DNA from: Candidatus Jorgensenbacteria bacterium
Lineage (GTDB): Bacteria > Patescibacteriota > Minisyncoccia > UBA6257 > GWB1-50-10
Assembly: GCA_011050075.1 (NCBI GenBank)
Contig: DRGK01000003.1
Span: 1 to 46,758, forward strand
Reading direction: 5' to 3'
Length of the DNA: 46,758 nt
Positions 37,664 through 46,758 of this stretch are shown here, in pieces. The stretch's first letter is position 1. Every line of letters begins with the position of its first letter. The position numbers were made by a program, and so were the translations under genes. Below the pieces are notes generated by a model, which did no database searches, was not told the DNA's origin, and was given only the letters and a program-made list of their open reading frames with translations.

Positions 37664-38275
37664 ATGAAAAACTTTTTAAACACAAAAACAATCATAGGAA
37701 GCCTAGTAGTAGGTCTCATAGGAAGTGCGTTATGGGAAAATCTATTTAGAGACCTCCTAAATCTTGGAGGAAAAACGTTGTTAACTATATCTACTCTTGG
37801 ACTCGATAAGTACAAGGACAATATATATATGAGTATTGCCCAAGGTTTTTATGAGCGAGTGAGTATCCAAATACTGTCCCTAGGGTTAGGGGTACTTTTT
37901 GGAATTGCACTTGGGACTATAATAATCACATTCAAGATTAATAAAAAAGATGAGAAATCCAAGGATTTAAAAATAAAGAAATGGTTAAGAGGTCACAAAC
38001 GTTTTGTTAAAATCGGATTTCTTATCTATACGATTTTTGTAATGGGTATCACAGTTCTTAGTCTTGCTGAAATCACTTATATAAACAAATCAATAGCTTA
38101 TTATAGACAACTTGAGAGTATTGCGGCTCCATATATTACGTCCGACCAGGAAAAGATATTCAACTCTAGATTTTCCCAGATTAAGAATCGAGAAGGTTAT
38201 ACTAAATTGATCAATGAACTTTCTGTGATTATTGACGAAGCAGGACAGACGGTGGTGCCAGCATTCATTTTCTAA
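37664..38275 (+). CDS. Hypothetical membrane protein (about 3 TMs)
   Basis: 203-aa AT-rich ORF with three hydrophobic segments. Confidence 0.72.
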   Translation: MKNFLNTKTIIGSLVVGLIGSALWENLFRDLLNLGGKTLLTISTLGLDKYKDNIYMSIAQGFYERVSIQILSLGLGVLFGIALGTIIITFKINKKDEKSKDLKIKKWLRGHKRFVKIGFLIYTIFVMGITVLSLAEITYINKSIAYYRQLESIAAPYITSDQEKIFNSRFSQIKNREGYTKLINELSVIIDEAGQTVVPAFIF

Positions 38276-38329
38276 CAGTTCAAATGAATCAAGGAACCGC
38301 TTACGACCCTTTGATTAGAGACATAGAAT

Positions 38330-38349
38330 GGTTCCAACATCATCCCATA
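38330..38349 (+). repeat. Short copy of the repeat core ggttccaacatcrtcccata
   Basis: 19/20 identical to 42638-42657. Confidence 0.85.
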
Positions 38350-38450
38350 AGCCCAATCAGCTTGAGATGGGTTCAGAGTCCGAGAAGCATAATTTTGGTC
38401 CTTGGCACTTGGTGCTCGCATCTTCCTCGTGGCAAGTGTAATATAAATCC

Positions 38451-40433
38451 ATGTATATAGAAAAGGTCAGAATATCAAATTTTCGCTGTTTCGGTCCTAC
38501 GCCGGAAACGATTGCTTTTGATCCTAGTATTACAGCTTTTATTGGAACCAACGGCACTGGGAAAACGGCAGTTATGCAGGCACTTTTACGTCTTTTTGGC
38601 GTGACGTATGAACAACGTCGTCTCAGGCGGCAGGATTTTCACGTACCTCTTGATGAGACAACTTCTCCGAGTGAGCGGATGCTTTTTATTGAAGTAGTTC
38701 TTGCTTTTCCTGAGTTAGATGCAAACGATCCTGTAGCAAAGGCCACGGTCCCTGAGTTTTTCAACCACATGGCGACAGACGATCGTGGTCATCTTAAATG
38801 CAGGCTGCATTTGAAATCAACGTGGACTGATGACGGCTCGATAGAGGGGGCAACTGAGCAAAGGCTGTGGGCGGTTACGACACTATCAGATGATTTTGAC
38901 GAAGAAAAAGATTGCCATGAAGTGAGTATATCGAACCGTAGTCAAGTTCAAATAATTTATGTACCTGCTGTCCGAGACGGTATCTCACAAGTGACTGCGT
39001 TTCTGAAGGGGCGTCTCTGGAAAGCCATCACCTGGTCAAATGAACTACGGGAGATGCTTGGTGATACAGGAGAAATACTCAACAAAAAGTTTCGTTCCGA
39101 GCCAGGAGTCGCCTCGATCACTGCGACGCTTAAGACACGCTGGCAGGAAATCCATTTTGCTGGTACAGACGCCGAACCGCTCTTTAGACCGATCGATTTG
39201 CAACTCGAAGAATTCATAAAAAAGGTTGATGTAGTGTTTCGCTCTGATGAGGCGGGAAAAGATCGAAATATGGATGACCTTAGTGATGGTCAGAGGTCGT
39301 TGTTCCATCTCGCAATGACTGCTGCAACATTGGATGTTGAAGACAAAATAGTATCCGGATCTGTAGGAGATGGCTTTCAAACCGATGGGATTGTATTGCC
39401 AGCGCTTACGGTAATTGCAGTTGAAGAACCTGAGAACAATCTAGCCCCGTTTTACCTGTCAAGAATCATTCGTCAAATCAAAGACGTTACAAAAAGTTCT
39501 CGTGCACAAGCATTGATCGCCAGTCACTCATCGAGTATTTTGGCACGAATTGATCCTTCAATGATTCGACATTTTCAGCTCTTGCGAAAAGACAGGACAG
39601 CCAAAATCAAAGGAATCCTAATTCCGGATGGTGAAGATGATGCAGCAAAATTTATCCGGGAAGCTGTACGAACTTATCCTGAGATATACTTTGCACGATT
39701 TGTAATACTTGGAGAGGGAAGCTCAGAGGAGGTCATAATTCCTCGTTTGGCAGAAGCAATGAATATGCATATCGACAGATCCTTCGTTGCAGTCGTACCT
39801 TTAGGCGGACGTCACGTTAACCACTTGTGGCGATTGCTTTCTGATTTGAAAATTCCCTATGCGACGTTATTGGATCTCGACACCGGACGTGCTGGTGGTG
39901 GTTGGGGAAGGATAAAAACAGTATGTTCTGAGTTGATAAAAAATGGCGCTGATCCTAAAGCAATTTTTGGTGATGAATTATTGCCCGCTGGAGCCGATGC
40001 AAGCCTCGACTCTTTTGTAGGGAGGAAGATTGATGAATCCTTGTCCGAGTGGGTCAAGAACTTGAGAAAATTTAATGTCTTTTTCTGTGCGCCACTAGAT
40101 ATTGATTGGACCATGCTTTCTGCTTTCCCAGAGGCATACCAACATCTTGAAACGGGCAATAGAGGACCCGTTATGACGATTGATGGCAAAATGGCTGTTC
40201 TCGGTGACGCTGGCGATCCATTACCATACGGCGCTGACGATGAAGATATGTTTCGTTGGTATCGCTATTTATTTCTCGGACGTAGCAAACCGAATGCACA
40301 CTTGCGTATACTAAGCCGCTTAGATAACAAAGCGATTACGGCGAACGCACCAGAAGAACTTATAGCATTGCTCGAACACGTAAATGCGAATATTTTCCCA
40401 AAAATTGCTGAAGTTAAAACACCGTCCGCATGA
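38451..40433 (+). CDS. OLD-family ABC-ATPase/TOPRIM nuclease (GajA-like)
   Basis: GTNGTGKT, LSDGQRS, VEEPENNL, ASHS, TOPRIM GEGSSE and DLD. Confidence 0.9.
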   Translation: MYIEKVRISNFRCFGPTPETIAFDPSITAFIGTNGTGKTAVMQALLRLFGVTYEQRRLRRQDFHVPLDETTSPSERMLFIEVVLAFPELDANDPVAKATVPEFFNHMATDDRGHLKCRLHLKSTWTDDGSIEGATEQRLWAVTTLSDDFDEEKDCHEVSISNRSQVQIIYVPAVRDGISQVTAFLKGRLWKAITWSNELREMLGDTGEILNKKFRSEPGVASITATLKTRWQEIHFAGTDAEPLFRPIDLQLEEFIKKVDVVFRSDEAGKDRNMDDLSDGQRSLFHLAMTAATLDVEDKIVSGSVGDGFQTDGIVLPALTVIAVEEPENNLAPFYLSRIIRQIKDVTKSSRAQALIASHSSSILARIDPSMIRHFQLLRKDRTAKIKGILIPDGEDDAAKFIREAVRTYPEIYFARFVILGEGSSEEVIIPRLAEAMNMHIDRSFVAVVPLGGRHVNHLWRLLSDLKIPYATLLDLDTGRAGGGWGRIKTVCSELIKNGADPKAIFGDELLPAGADASLDSFVGRKIDESLSEWVKNLRKFNVFFCAPLDIDWTMLSAFPEAYQHLETGNRGPVMTIDGKMAVLGDAGDPLPYGADDEDMFRWYRYLFLGRSKPNAHLRILSRLDNKAITANAPEELIALLEHVNANIFPKIAEVKTPSA

Positions 40434-42328
40434 AATATACCTTGTCTGAAGCATGGCGACCGCAGGGGGTCGACAATCTTGAGGATGCAGCATGGGCCGC
40501 CCTTCGAGAGACGGGTTGCACGAGTATTATAGCGGGGCCGGGCGCCGGAAAAACGGAATTTCTTGCACAACGTGCAGCCTATTTGTTGCAGACTGGGGTT
40601 TGCCGCAAACCATCTCGAATTTTGGCAATATCTTTCAAAAAGGATGCTGCTCAAAATCTAGCAGATCGTGTACGAAAAAGATGTTCACCAGAGCTAGCGT
40701 CTCGGTTTGAATCTTTGACATTTGATGCGCTTACAAAAAGCCTTGTAGACCGATTCCTCACAGTTCTACCTCAAGAATTGCAACCGACAAAACCATATAA
40801 CGTGATATTTCCCACAAAGCCGGAGGTCCAAAGCTTTTTGGCGACGGCGCGGACTATAGCTGATAGTGCGTGGCATACTGATATCGCTCGTGTTGCTCCG
40901 TCTGGTTTTGAGTCAAATTATATCGGAGCCAAGAAGTTGGGCGTAGAATTTACGGATGCGACAAATGCAGGCGACTTTCTAGTTCATCTGTGGTTGAAAC
41001 AACACTTATCGAGACGACCCTCAGACGTATCATTCGTTATGTTTAACCGCCTTGCTGAACTACTGTTACGCGTAAGTCCTGAAATATTGCGATCACTACG
41101 CCTAACGTACCCATTTGTATTTGTCGATGAGTTTCAAGATACAACTTATGCTCAATATGATTTCCTACTTTCTGCTTTCGGAGGCGGTCAAACAATCGTT
41201 ACTGCGGTCGGAGATAATAAACAGAAAATTATGGGATGGGCCGGCGCTTTACCCGATTCGTTCCAGCAGTTTCGATCGGACTTTGCCGCTCTAGAGATAC
41301 CATTGCGATCAAATTACCGATCCTCTCCAGATCTTGTAAGGATCCAGCAAATCGTAGCACGTGCAATAGACGCGGGGGTAGCTGAAGCTGAAGCGTGCAC
41401 AGAGCAGGCAATTGAAGGGGAAGTGGCGCAAATTTGGAATTTTCCAAATAACATCACTGAAGCACAACAGATCGCTTCTTGGTTAGTTGGTGATATACAA
41501 CGTCGTGGAACATCTACGCGTGATTATGCACTACTTGTGAAGCAAACCACAAATCTCTTTGAGGATCAGCTATCCGTAGCATTGAACAAGAAAAACCTTC
41601 AGTTACGTAATGAGGATAAGCGTATAGGGAAAATAACCCTTCAGGATCTCTTAGTGGATGAATTGGTTCAAATTTCTATAGCTATTCTAAAAGTGGCAAC
41701 CCTACCTCGTGCACCCGAAGCTTGGAGTATTGCGTCTCAGGCAGTTTTACGTTTGCGCGGAATAGACCCTGATAATGATGTTGGGTGTCAAAAAACTGAA
41801 AGACAGTTGAAAGCATTTATTGATCGACTACGCGTATTTACACAAAAGACAGTTCCACACCCGAAATATGTTGGAGTAATACTTGATAATCTCATTAAGT
41901 TTCTCGATCCTCCGGCGCTTTCGCGTGCATACCTGCAATACAGTACAGGAGATAACCTCGCAATTGCAATTGAAGGACTACGTTTACACCTCACCGATTC
42001 CACAAGAAGCACATCAACGTGGACAGCTTGCCTCGATGCTTTTGAAGGTGAAAATTGTATTTCCCTGATGACGGTGCATAAAAGCAAGGGGCTCGAATAC
42101 GACACAATCATATTTGTTGGCTTAGACGATAAAACATGGTGGAGTCACACTAAGGGTAATACTGAAGGAACCGCTATATTTTTTGTTGCACTTTCCAGAG
42201 CAAAACAGCGCATTGTTTTCACATTTTGTTCCACACGTGGTCCGAGGGATTTAGTTGATGATCTGTACACACTCTTGAGAGAGGCTGGTGTTCCGGAAGT
42301 TGAATATAGTATTACACCAGATACATAA
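40430..42328 (+). CDS. UvrD/PcrA-like SF1 helicase (GajB-like)
   Basis: AGPGAGKT, VDEFQD, VGD..Q.I, NYRS, TVHKSKGLEYD and VALSRA; ATGA overlap with the OLD gene. Confidence 0.9.
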   Translation: MKYTLSEAWRPQGVDNLEDAAWAALRETGCTSIIAGPGAGKTEFLAQRAAYLLQTGVCRKPSRILAISFKKDAAQNLADRVRKRCSPELASRFESLTFDALTKSLVDRFLTVLPQELQPTKPYNVIFPTKPEVQSFLATARTIADSAWHTDIARVAPSGFESNYIGAKKLGVEFTDATNAGDFLVHLWLKQHLSRRPSDVSFVMFNRLAELLLRVSPEILRSLRLTYPFVFVDEFQDTTYAQYDFLLSAFGGGQTIVTAVGDNKQKIMGWAGALPDSFQQFRSDFAALEIPLRSNYRSSPDLVRIQQIVARAIDAGVAEAEACTEQAIEGEVAQIWNFPNNITEAQQIASWLVGDIQRRGTSTRDYALLVKQTTNLFEDQLSVALNKKNLQLRNEDKRIGKITLQDLLVDELVQISIAILKVATLPRAPEAWSIASQAVLRLRGIDPDNDVGCQKTERQLKAFIDRLRVFTQKTVPHPKYVGVILDNLIKFLDPPALSRAYLQYSTGDNLAIAIEGLRLHLTDSTRSTSTWTACLDAFEGENCISLMTVHKSKGLEYDTIIFVGLDDKTWWSHTKGNTEGTAIFFVALSRAKQRIVFTFCSTRGPRDLVDDLYTLLREAGVPEVEYSITPDT

Positions 42329-42351
42329 CGTTCTAAGATGTTTAAGATTGA

Positions 42352-42582
42352 ATGGTTACCGTTCCTTTAGTAACCAATGAATTGTTATCAAAATATTTTA
42401 CTTATCAAAAACCAATTCGTAAGACACTAGATCCAAAATATAAAGTTTTAACCAAAGATGGTTTGGTAATAAGGTTGCAGAAAGATCATAAAAGATTATT
42501 GGCAGAATCAGAAGAGCGTATTAGAAAAGCAAAAGAAAAGGTTTCCGAGGAGCATAAAAATCAAGAACAAAAAATAAGCTAA
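42352..42582 (+). CDS. Small hypothetical protein or gene fragment (76 aa, coiled-coil tail)
   Basis: AT-rich ORF; no recognised motif. Confidence 0.4.
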   Translation: MVTVPLVTNELLSKYFTYQKPIRKTLDPKYKVLTKDGLVIRLQKDHKRLLAESEERIRKAKEKVSEEHKNQEQKIS

Positions 42583-42641
42583 AAATCCTTATAGGGCTTG
42601 GTGAGGGATTATCCGAGACCGAGGAGTCAAGCATTGCGGTT

Positions 42642-42719
42642 CCAACATCGTCCCATAGCCCCAGCAAAATAAACGGCTCAACCCCATTGAGCCGTTTATT
42701 TTCGCATTGTTGTGATATT
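42642..42719 (+). repeat. 78-bp direct repeat, copy B
   Basis: 76/78 identical to 37494-37571. Confidence 0.95.
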
Positions 42720-42727
42720 GTGGAGAG

Positions 42728-42766
42728 ATGAATTCAGAAGTAAAGCAGTGTAAGAACTGTAAACAA
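42728..42766 (+). pseudogene. N-terminal remnant of a Cys-rich paralogue (MNSEVKQCKNCKQ)
   Basis: Resembles MTNEKKI-CQNCKR of the 3353 gene; TGaTATTGT -10 lies 6 nt before the ATG. Confidence 0.55.
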
Positions 42767-42818
42767 GTTAAAATCTTAAAGTTGATTTTGCTACGTGGCG
42801 TCAGTACACTGATGAATA

Positions 42819-44516
42819 ATGCCAACCGATGCAGAGCGTATCAAGCAGAAGCTTGATATCGTTGAATTTTTAAAATCCGCGATGACACTTTCCCCAGCGG
42901 GAAAAAACTTTAAGGGGTTATGTCCGTTCCACCAGGAAAAGAACCCTTCCTTTATGGTGTCTTCAGAGCGGCAAAGTTGGCATTGTTTTGGGTGCGGAGA
43001 AGGTGGAGACGTTATAAAATTTGCCATGCTGTATGAAAATCTGGATTTTCCCGAAGCATTGCGTGTATTAGCAGAGAAGGCAGGCATTGATATTGCGGTT
43101 ATGAACCAACGTGACCAACGTCAGTTTACGGTCTTGTACGATATTAACACGGAGGCTCAGAAGTCATTTGCTCATGCATTATGGAAAAATAATGCAGCGC
43201 TTGTATACTTGCGTGATAGAGGATTAAAGGATGAAACGATACGCGAGTTTGGTCTTGGTTTTTCTCCGGGTGGTGATGCGCTGGTGGTGCATCTAATTAA
43301 AAAAGGATATGCCATAGAGGATATACACAAAGCCGGCATTGCGTACCGTTACCGTGGACTCAATAAAGACAGATTTGATGGACGCATCGTATTTCCGATA
43401 ACGAACGATATTGGGAATGTAGTTGGCTTTACGGGACGCATTTTTAACAAGGAAGAAACCGATGAGGTGCCGAAGTACATGAATAGTCCTGAGACACTTA
43501 TTTTTATAAAATCAAAATTACTGTATGGGTTGCATAAGAGCAAGCCGGCTATTGTTAAATCACGGACCGTATTTTTAGTTGAGGGGCAGATGGATGTGCT
43601 TATGGTATGGCAGGCAGGTGTGCATAATGTGGTTGCAGTTTCCGGAACCGGCCTGACGGGGAAGCACCTCATGAAATTGCGTCGCATAGCGGACACGGTA
43701 ATAGTGAGCTTTGATAACGATGCATCAGGACTGAAAGCACTTGAGCGAAGTTTGGATATATTCAGTACCTTTGATTTTCATATCAAGGCAGCTTCACTTG
43801 GTACGTATAAAGATCCTGCAGAGATGGCAGAAGCAGATCCACAGGCGCTAAAAAAAGCTATTACAGACGCCCAACCGGTATTTACTTATCTGTTTGAAAC
43901 GTACTTCCGCACGCAGAATATTACGGACATCATGGAGCGTAAAAATAAGGTGCGTCATTTATTAGGTAAAATTCAAAATCTTGCCAGTACTATTGAGCGG
44001 GATATGTGGATCAAGGAACTATCACGGTATTCCGGTATTGCAGAAACAGCACTTACTGAGGAGCTTGGCGAGATGAAAAGTATGAAGCGTGAGCATATGA
44101 CTGGTGACAGAGAGACACTTGAACAGCTTCCACCCCGAGAACGTATAGAACACATAGTGCGTCGGCTGCTCCTCGTCGCATGTACCGTAAAAGAGCTTTG
44201 GCAGATATTAGAGAAACATGAAGCCTGGTTTCCGGAGCAGTATCGTGAGATACTCAAGAATCCAGAAGACGAAAAGACAAACTTATTGGAGATGGAATCA
44301 AGTTACCTAACCGGAGATATTGATCCCGAACTATTAAAGACAGAGTTTCAGGAATTAATGTGTCAGCTCGAAATAGAGTTTCTGAAAAAGAAACAATCCG
44401 TACTAAAAGAGAAGATGCGCACATTATTAGAAGACGATACAGAGGTGGAAGTGTTAGCAGAAAAGTTCTATAACATTGCAGGTAAAATTGATACACTAAT
44501 AAAGAAAAATACGTAA
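42819..44516 (+). CDS. dnaG: DNA primase
   Basis: [34 protein letters not shown]. Confidence 0.96.
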   Translation: MPTDAERIKQKLDIVEFLKSAMTLSPAGKNFKGLCPFHQEKNPSFMVSSERQSWHCFGCGEGGDVIKFAMLYENLDFPEALRVLAEKAGIDIAVMNQRDQRQFTVLYDINTEAQKSFAHALWKNNAALVYLRDRGLKDETIREFGLGFSPGGDALVVHLIKKGYAIEDIHKAGIAYRYRGLNKDRFDGRIVFPITNDIGNVVGFTGRIFNKEETDEVPKYMNSPETLIFIKSKLLYGLHKSKPAIVKSRTVFLVEGQMDVLMVWQAGVHNVVAVSGTGLTGKHLMKLRRIADTVIVSFDNDASGLKALERSLDIFSTFDFHIKAASLGTYKDPAEMAEADPQALKKAITDAQPVFTYLFETYFRTQNITDIMERKNKVRHLLGKIQNLASTIERDMWIKELSRYSGIAETALTEELGEMKSMKREHMTGDRETLEQLPPRERIEHIVRRLLLVACTVKELWQILEKHEAWFPEQYREILKNPEDEKTNLLEMESSYLTGDIDPELLKTEFQELMCQLEIEFLKKKQSVLKEKMRTLLEDDTEVEVLAEKFYNIAGKIDTLIKKNT

Positions 44517-44518
44517 CT

Positions 44519-45832
44519 ATGACTGTAAAAAAACAACCAAAGGGGAAGAGAAAAAGTACTGCTAAGACGCGCACAAAAACAGCACAGCGAAGCACAAAAC
44601 GTGTACCAAGGAAGAAAGGTGCTAAACATACAACAGGAAAGAAAACAATCTCTAAAAAGGAATCACCGAAGAAACTTGTAGCGCGTAGCAGAAAACCTAA
44701 GGTGGCAGTGCGCAAGAAAACTACCCCAAAGCGTATTTCCAAAAAACAGGAGAAGCAGCTTGAGGAATACCGAACACTTCTTAAAGAATTAACAGATCGT
44801 GGCCGCAGTCGTAGCTTTGTGACTGATGCTGAGGTTTTGAATTATTTTCCATTTATTGAAAAACATCTTCCATTCTTGGAAGAGGTGTATAACATATTAG
44901 ATAAGGAAGGTATTAAAGTACTTCAATCATCACCACTCATTGATGGTTCGGATGAGGAAATTAATGTTAAAGAACTTAAAGCCGCGACGTCAGTAGGTCG
45001 GCATATGCCCGACGTGGTGCAGATGTATCTCAAAGAAATTGGTAGAACTTCACTCCTTACTTCTAAAGAGGAGAAAGAGCTGGCAAAACGTATTGAACGG
45101 GATGATGAAGAAGCGCGTAAAAAGCTCGTTCAAGCAAACTTGCGATTAGTTGTTTCGATTGCGAAACGGTATGTGAATCGCAGCCCACACTTGAACATTT
45201 TAGATTTAATACAAGAAGGAAACATTGGGTTAACGCGTGCTGTGGAAAAATTTGATTATCGCAAGGGATTTAAGTTTTCAACCTATGCTACGTGGTGGAT
45301 TCGGCAGGCAGTAACACGTGCACTCGCAGACTACTCTCGTACTATCCGCATTCCGGTACATATGGTTGAAACGATTACGAAGTATACACAGAAGAAGCGA
45401 GAGCTGATGCAGCAACTGGGACGCGAACCGCTTTCTGAAGAAGTAGCGCTTGAAATGAACATAACTGTGGATAAGGTTCGGTACATTCAAAAAATCTCAC
45501 AGGAGGTGATATCACTTGAAAAACCAATCGGCGACAGTGATGAAGACTCAACACTATCGGATCTCATCCGTGATGAGCAAACCCCCTCTCCGGACCAAAT
45601 GGCAAATATCGCGTTGCTCAAGGAGCAAATTCAAGATGTATTGCAGGATCTCACGCCGCGTGAGCAGAAAATTTTATCAATGCGATTTGGACTTGAAGAT
45701 AATATTACACACACGCTGGAAGAAGTAGGAAAAGTGTTTGGTGTAACGCGCGAGCGCATTCGACAGATTGAGGCGAAAGCACTCGAGAAAATACGAGGGC
45801 ACGAAAAAGCATTGAAGCTGGAAGGGTACTAA
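44519..45832 (+). CDS. rpoD: Primary sigma-70 factor with a K/R-rich N-terminal extension
   Basis: [47 protein letters not shown]. Confidence 0.95.
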   Translation: MTVKKQPKGKRKSTAKTRTKTAQRSTKRVPRKKGAKHTTGKKTISKKESPKKLVARSRKPKVAVRKKTTPKRISKKQEKQLEEYRTLLKELTDRGRSRSFVTDAEVLNYFPFIEKHLPFLEEVYNILDKEGIKVLQSSPLIDGSDEEINVKELKAATSVGRHMPDVVQMYLKEIGRTSLLTSKEEKELAKRIERDDEEARKKLVQANLRLVVSIAKRYVNRSPHLNILDLIQEGNIGLTRAVEKFDYRKGFKFSTYATWWIRQAVTRALADYSRTIRIPVHMVETITKYTQKKRELMQQLGREPLSEEVALEMNITVDKVRYIQKISQEVISLEKPIGDSDEDSTLSDLIRDEQTPSPDQMANIALLKEQIQDVLQDLTPREQKILSMRFGLEDNITHTLEEVGKVFGVTRERIRQIEAKALEKIRGHEKALKLEGY

Positions 45833-45836
45833 CGTT

Positions 45837-46758
45837 ATGACATCTAAAGAGATACGACAGAAGTTTTTAGAATACTTTGAGAAACATGGCCACGCGGTGG
45901 TGCCTTCATCCTCTCTGGTTCCAGATGATCCGTCGGTGCTTTTGACAACTGCAGGTATGCAGCAGTTCAAGCAGTATTTTACCGGAGAGCTTGATGCTGA
46001 GAAAGATTTTGGAAGTAAGAATACCGTATCGGTTCAGAAATCGTTTCGGACATCAGATATTGATGAAGTAGGGGACGAAAACCACCTTACGTTCTTTGAG
46101 ATGCTCGGAAATTTTTCCTTCGGCGGATACTTTCAGGAGAAAGCGATCAAGTATGCATACGAGTTTATTACGAAGGAAATGGGGTTTGAGATTGATTATG
46201 TAACCATCTTTGATGGTGCGAAACTCCCTGAAGGCGATTGGCGTAAAACAGGTACCGTACCTGACCAGCAGTCTTATGAAGCGTGGAGGAAAATCTTTTC
46301 CGCCGAGGGGTTTTCTGAAACTGAATTTAGCAAGCACAAGATTCGCAGGGAAGGTGTTGATAATTTTTGGGGACCGACGGGCAGTGAGGGCCCATGCGGT
46401 CCCACAACCGAGATTTATATGAAGAATATAGATGGGAAACCGATAGAAATCTGGAACATTGTTTTTAATCAATATTATTGTGACAAAAACAAAAATCTCA
46501 CATTTCTTGAAACGTTTGGTGAAGACTTGGGACAGGTGGGTATAGATACCGGCATGGGGCTGGAGCGCTTGGTAATGGTTGTGCAGGGAACACCGACTAT
46601 TTTTGAGACGGATCTCTTTGCACCGATTATCGCGTTGCTACCGGACGAAGTTCCGGTTCGGGTAAAGCGTATACTTGCCGACCACGTACGCGGTATCGCG
46701 TTTTTAATTGTTGATGGTGTTGAACCGTCTAATAAAGAAGTGGGATATATCCTGCGCC
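45837..46758 (+). CDS. alaS: Alanyl-tRNA synthetase (runs off the window end)
   Basis: MTSKEIRQKFLEYF..VPSSSLVPDDPSVLLTTAGMQQFK, TFFEMLGNFSFG, GPCGP, IDTGMGLERL, ADH.R. Confidence 0.95.
   Translation, partial: MTSKEIRQKFLEYFEKHGHAVVPSSSLVPDDPSVLLTTAGMQQFKQYFTGELDAEKDFGSKNTVSVQKSFRTSDIDEVGDENHLTFFEMLGNFSFGGYFQEKAIKYAYEFITKEMGFEIDYVTIFDGAKLPEGDWRKTGTVPDQQSYEAWRKIFSAEGFSETEFSKHKIRREGVDNFWGPTGSEGPCGPTTEIYMKNIDGKPIEIWNIVFNQYYCDKNKNLTFLETFGEDLGQVGIDTGMGLERLVMVVQGTPTIFETDLFAPIIALLPDEVPVRVKRILADHVRGIAFLIVDGVEPSNKEVGYILR

Larger units (their letters stand above)
26222..42766. mobile_element. Defence island between fusA and dnaG (no intact integrase seen)
   Basis: Co-oriented defence genes, AT-rich cargo, internal direct repeats, gene remnants and a tRNA fragment. 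Confidence 0.7.

Noticed and set aside
36690-42719. CRISPR array or classical integron
   Set aside because: Repeats are 0.8-4.3 kb apart and unequal; no cas or intI gene; no attC consensus ends.
42728-42856. Mini-ORF ending CRAYQAEA*, echoing the YQAEVV terminus of the Cys-rich proteins
   Set aside because: This is an alternate frame of the conserved dnaG start (AERIKQKLD), so the match is best treated as coincidence.
168-46472. Numerous short antisense or alternate-frame ORFs in the track
   Set aside because: They lie within well-supported genes and show no recognisable motifs; treated as shadow ORFs.

Overview
46.8 kb of a compact bacterial chromosome read with standard code 11. Gene content and style point to Patescibacteria/CPR (Parcubacteria-like); this is an inference. 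Core genes: pepA, a TraD/HerA-like ATPase, efp, mnmA, split comEC, aspS, ndk, metG, tRNA-Gly(CCC), rpmB, a site-2 protease, rpsL-rpsG-fusA, dnaG-rpoD and partial alaS. There are three accessory zones. (1) Three tandem cysteine-rich Zn-ribbon paralogues (137-5080), two of which carry short in-frame insertions. (2) An islet after tRNA-Gly with GH130-like genes, plus a purH gene bracketed by rpmB and a synonymous-variant copy of the rpmB 3' end (att-like). (3) A ~16.5 kb defence island between fusA and dnaG. It is headed by an unannotated 58-aa AbrB-like gene behind a 42-bp inverted-repeat operator (4x TACGTA, 12-bp period). Then come radC, a GmrSD-like nuclease, a Type I RM system with two embedded membrane-protein genes, and a repeat-delimited series of cassettes (two membrane proteins and a Gabija-like OLD nuclease/UvrD pair). 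A compact ~140-nt 6S-RNA-like hairpin lies between ndk and metG. All calls are from motif recognition by eye; no searches were run.
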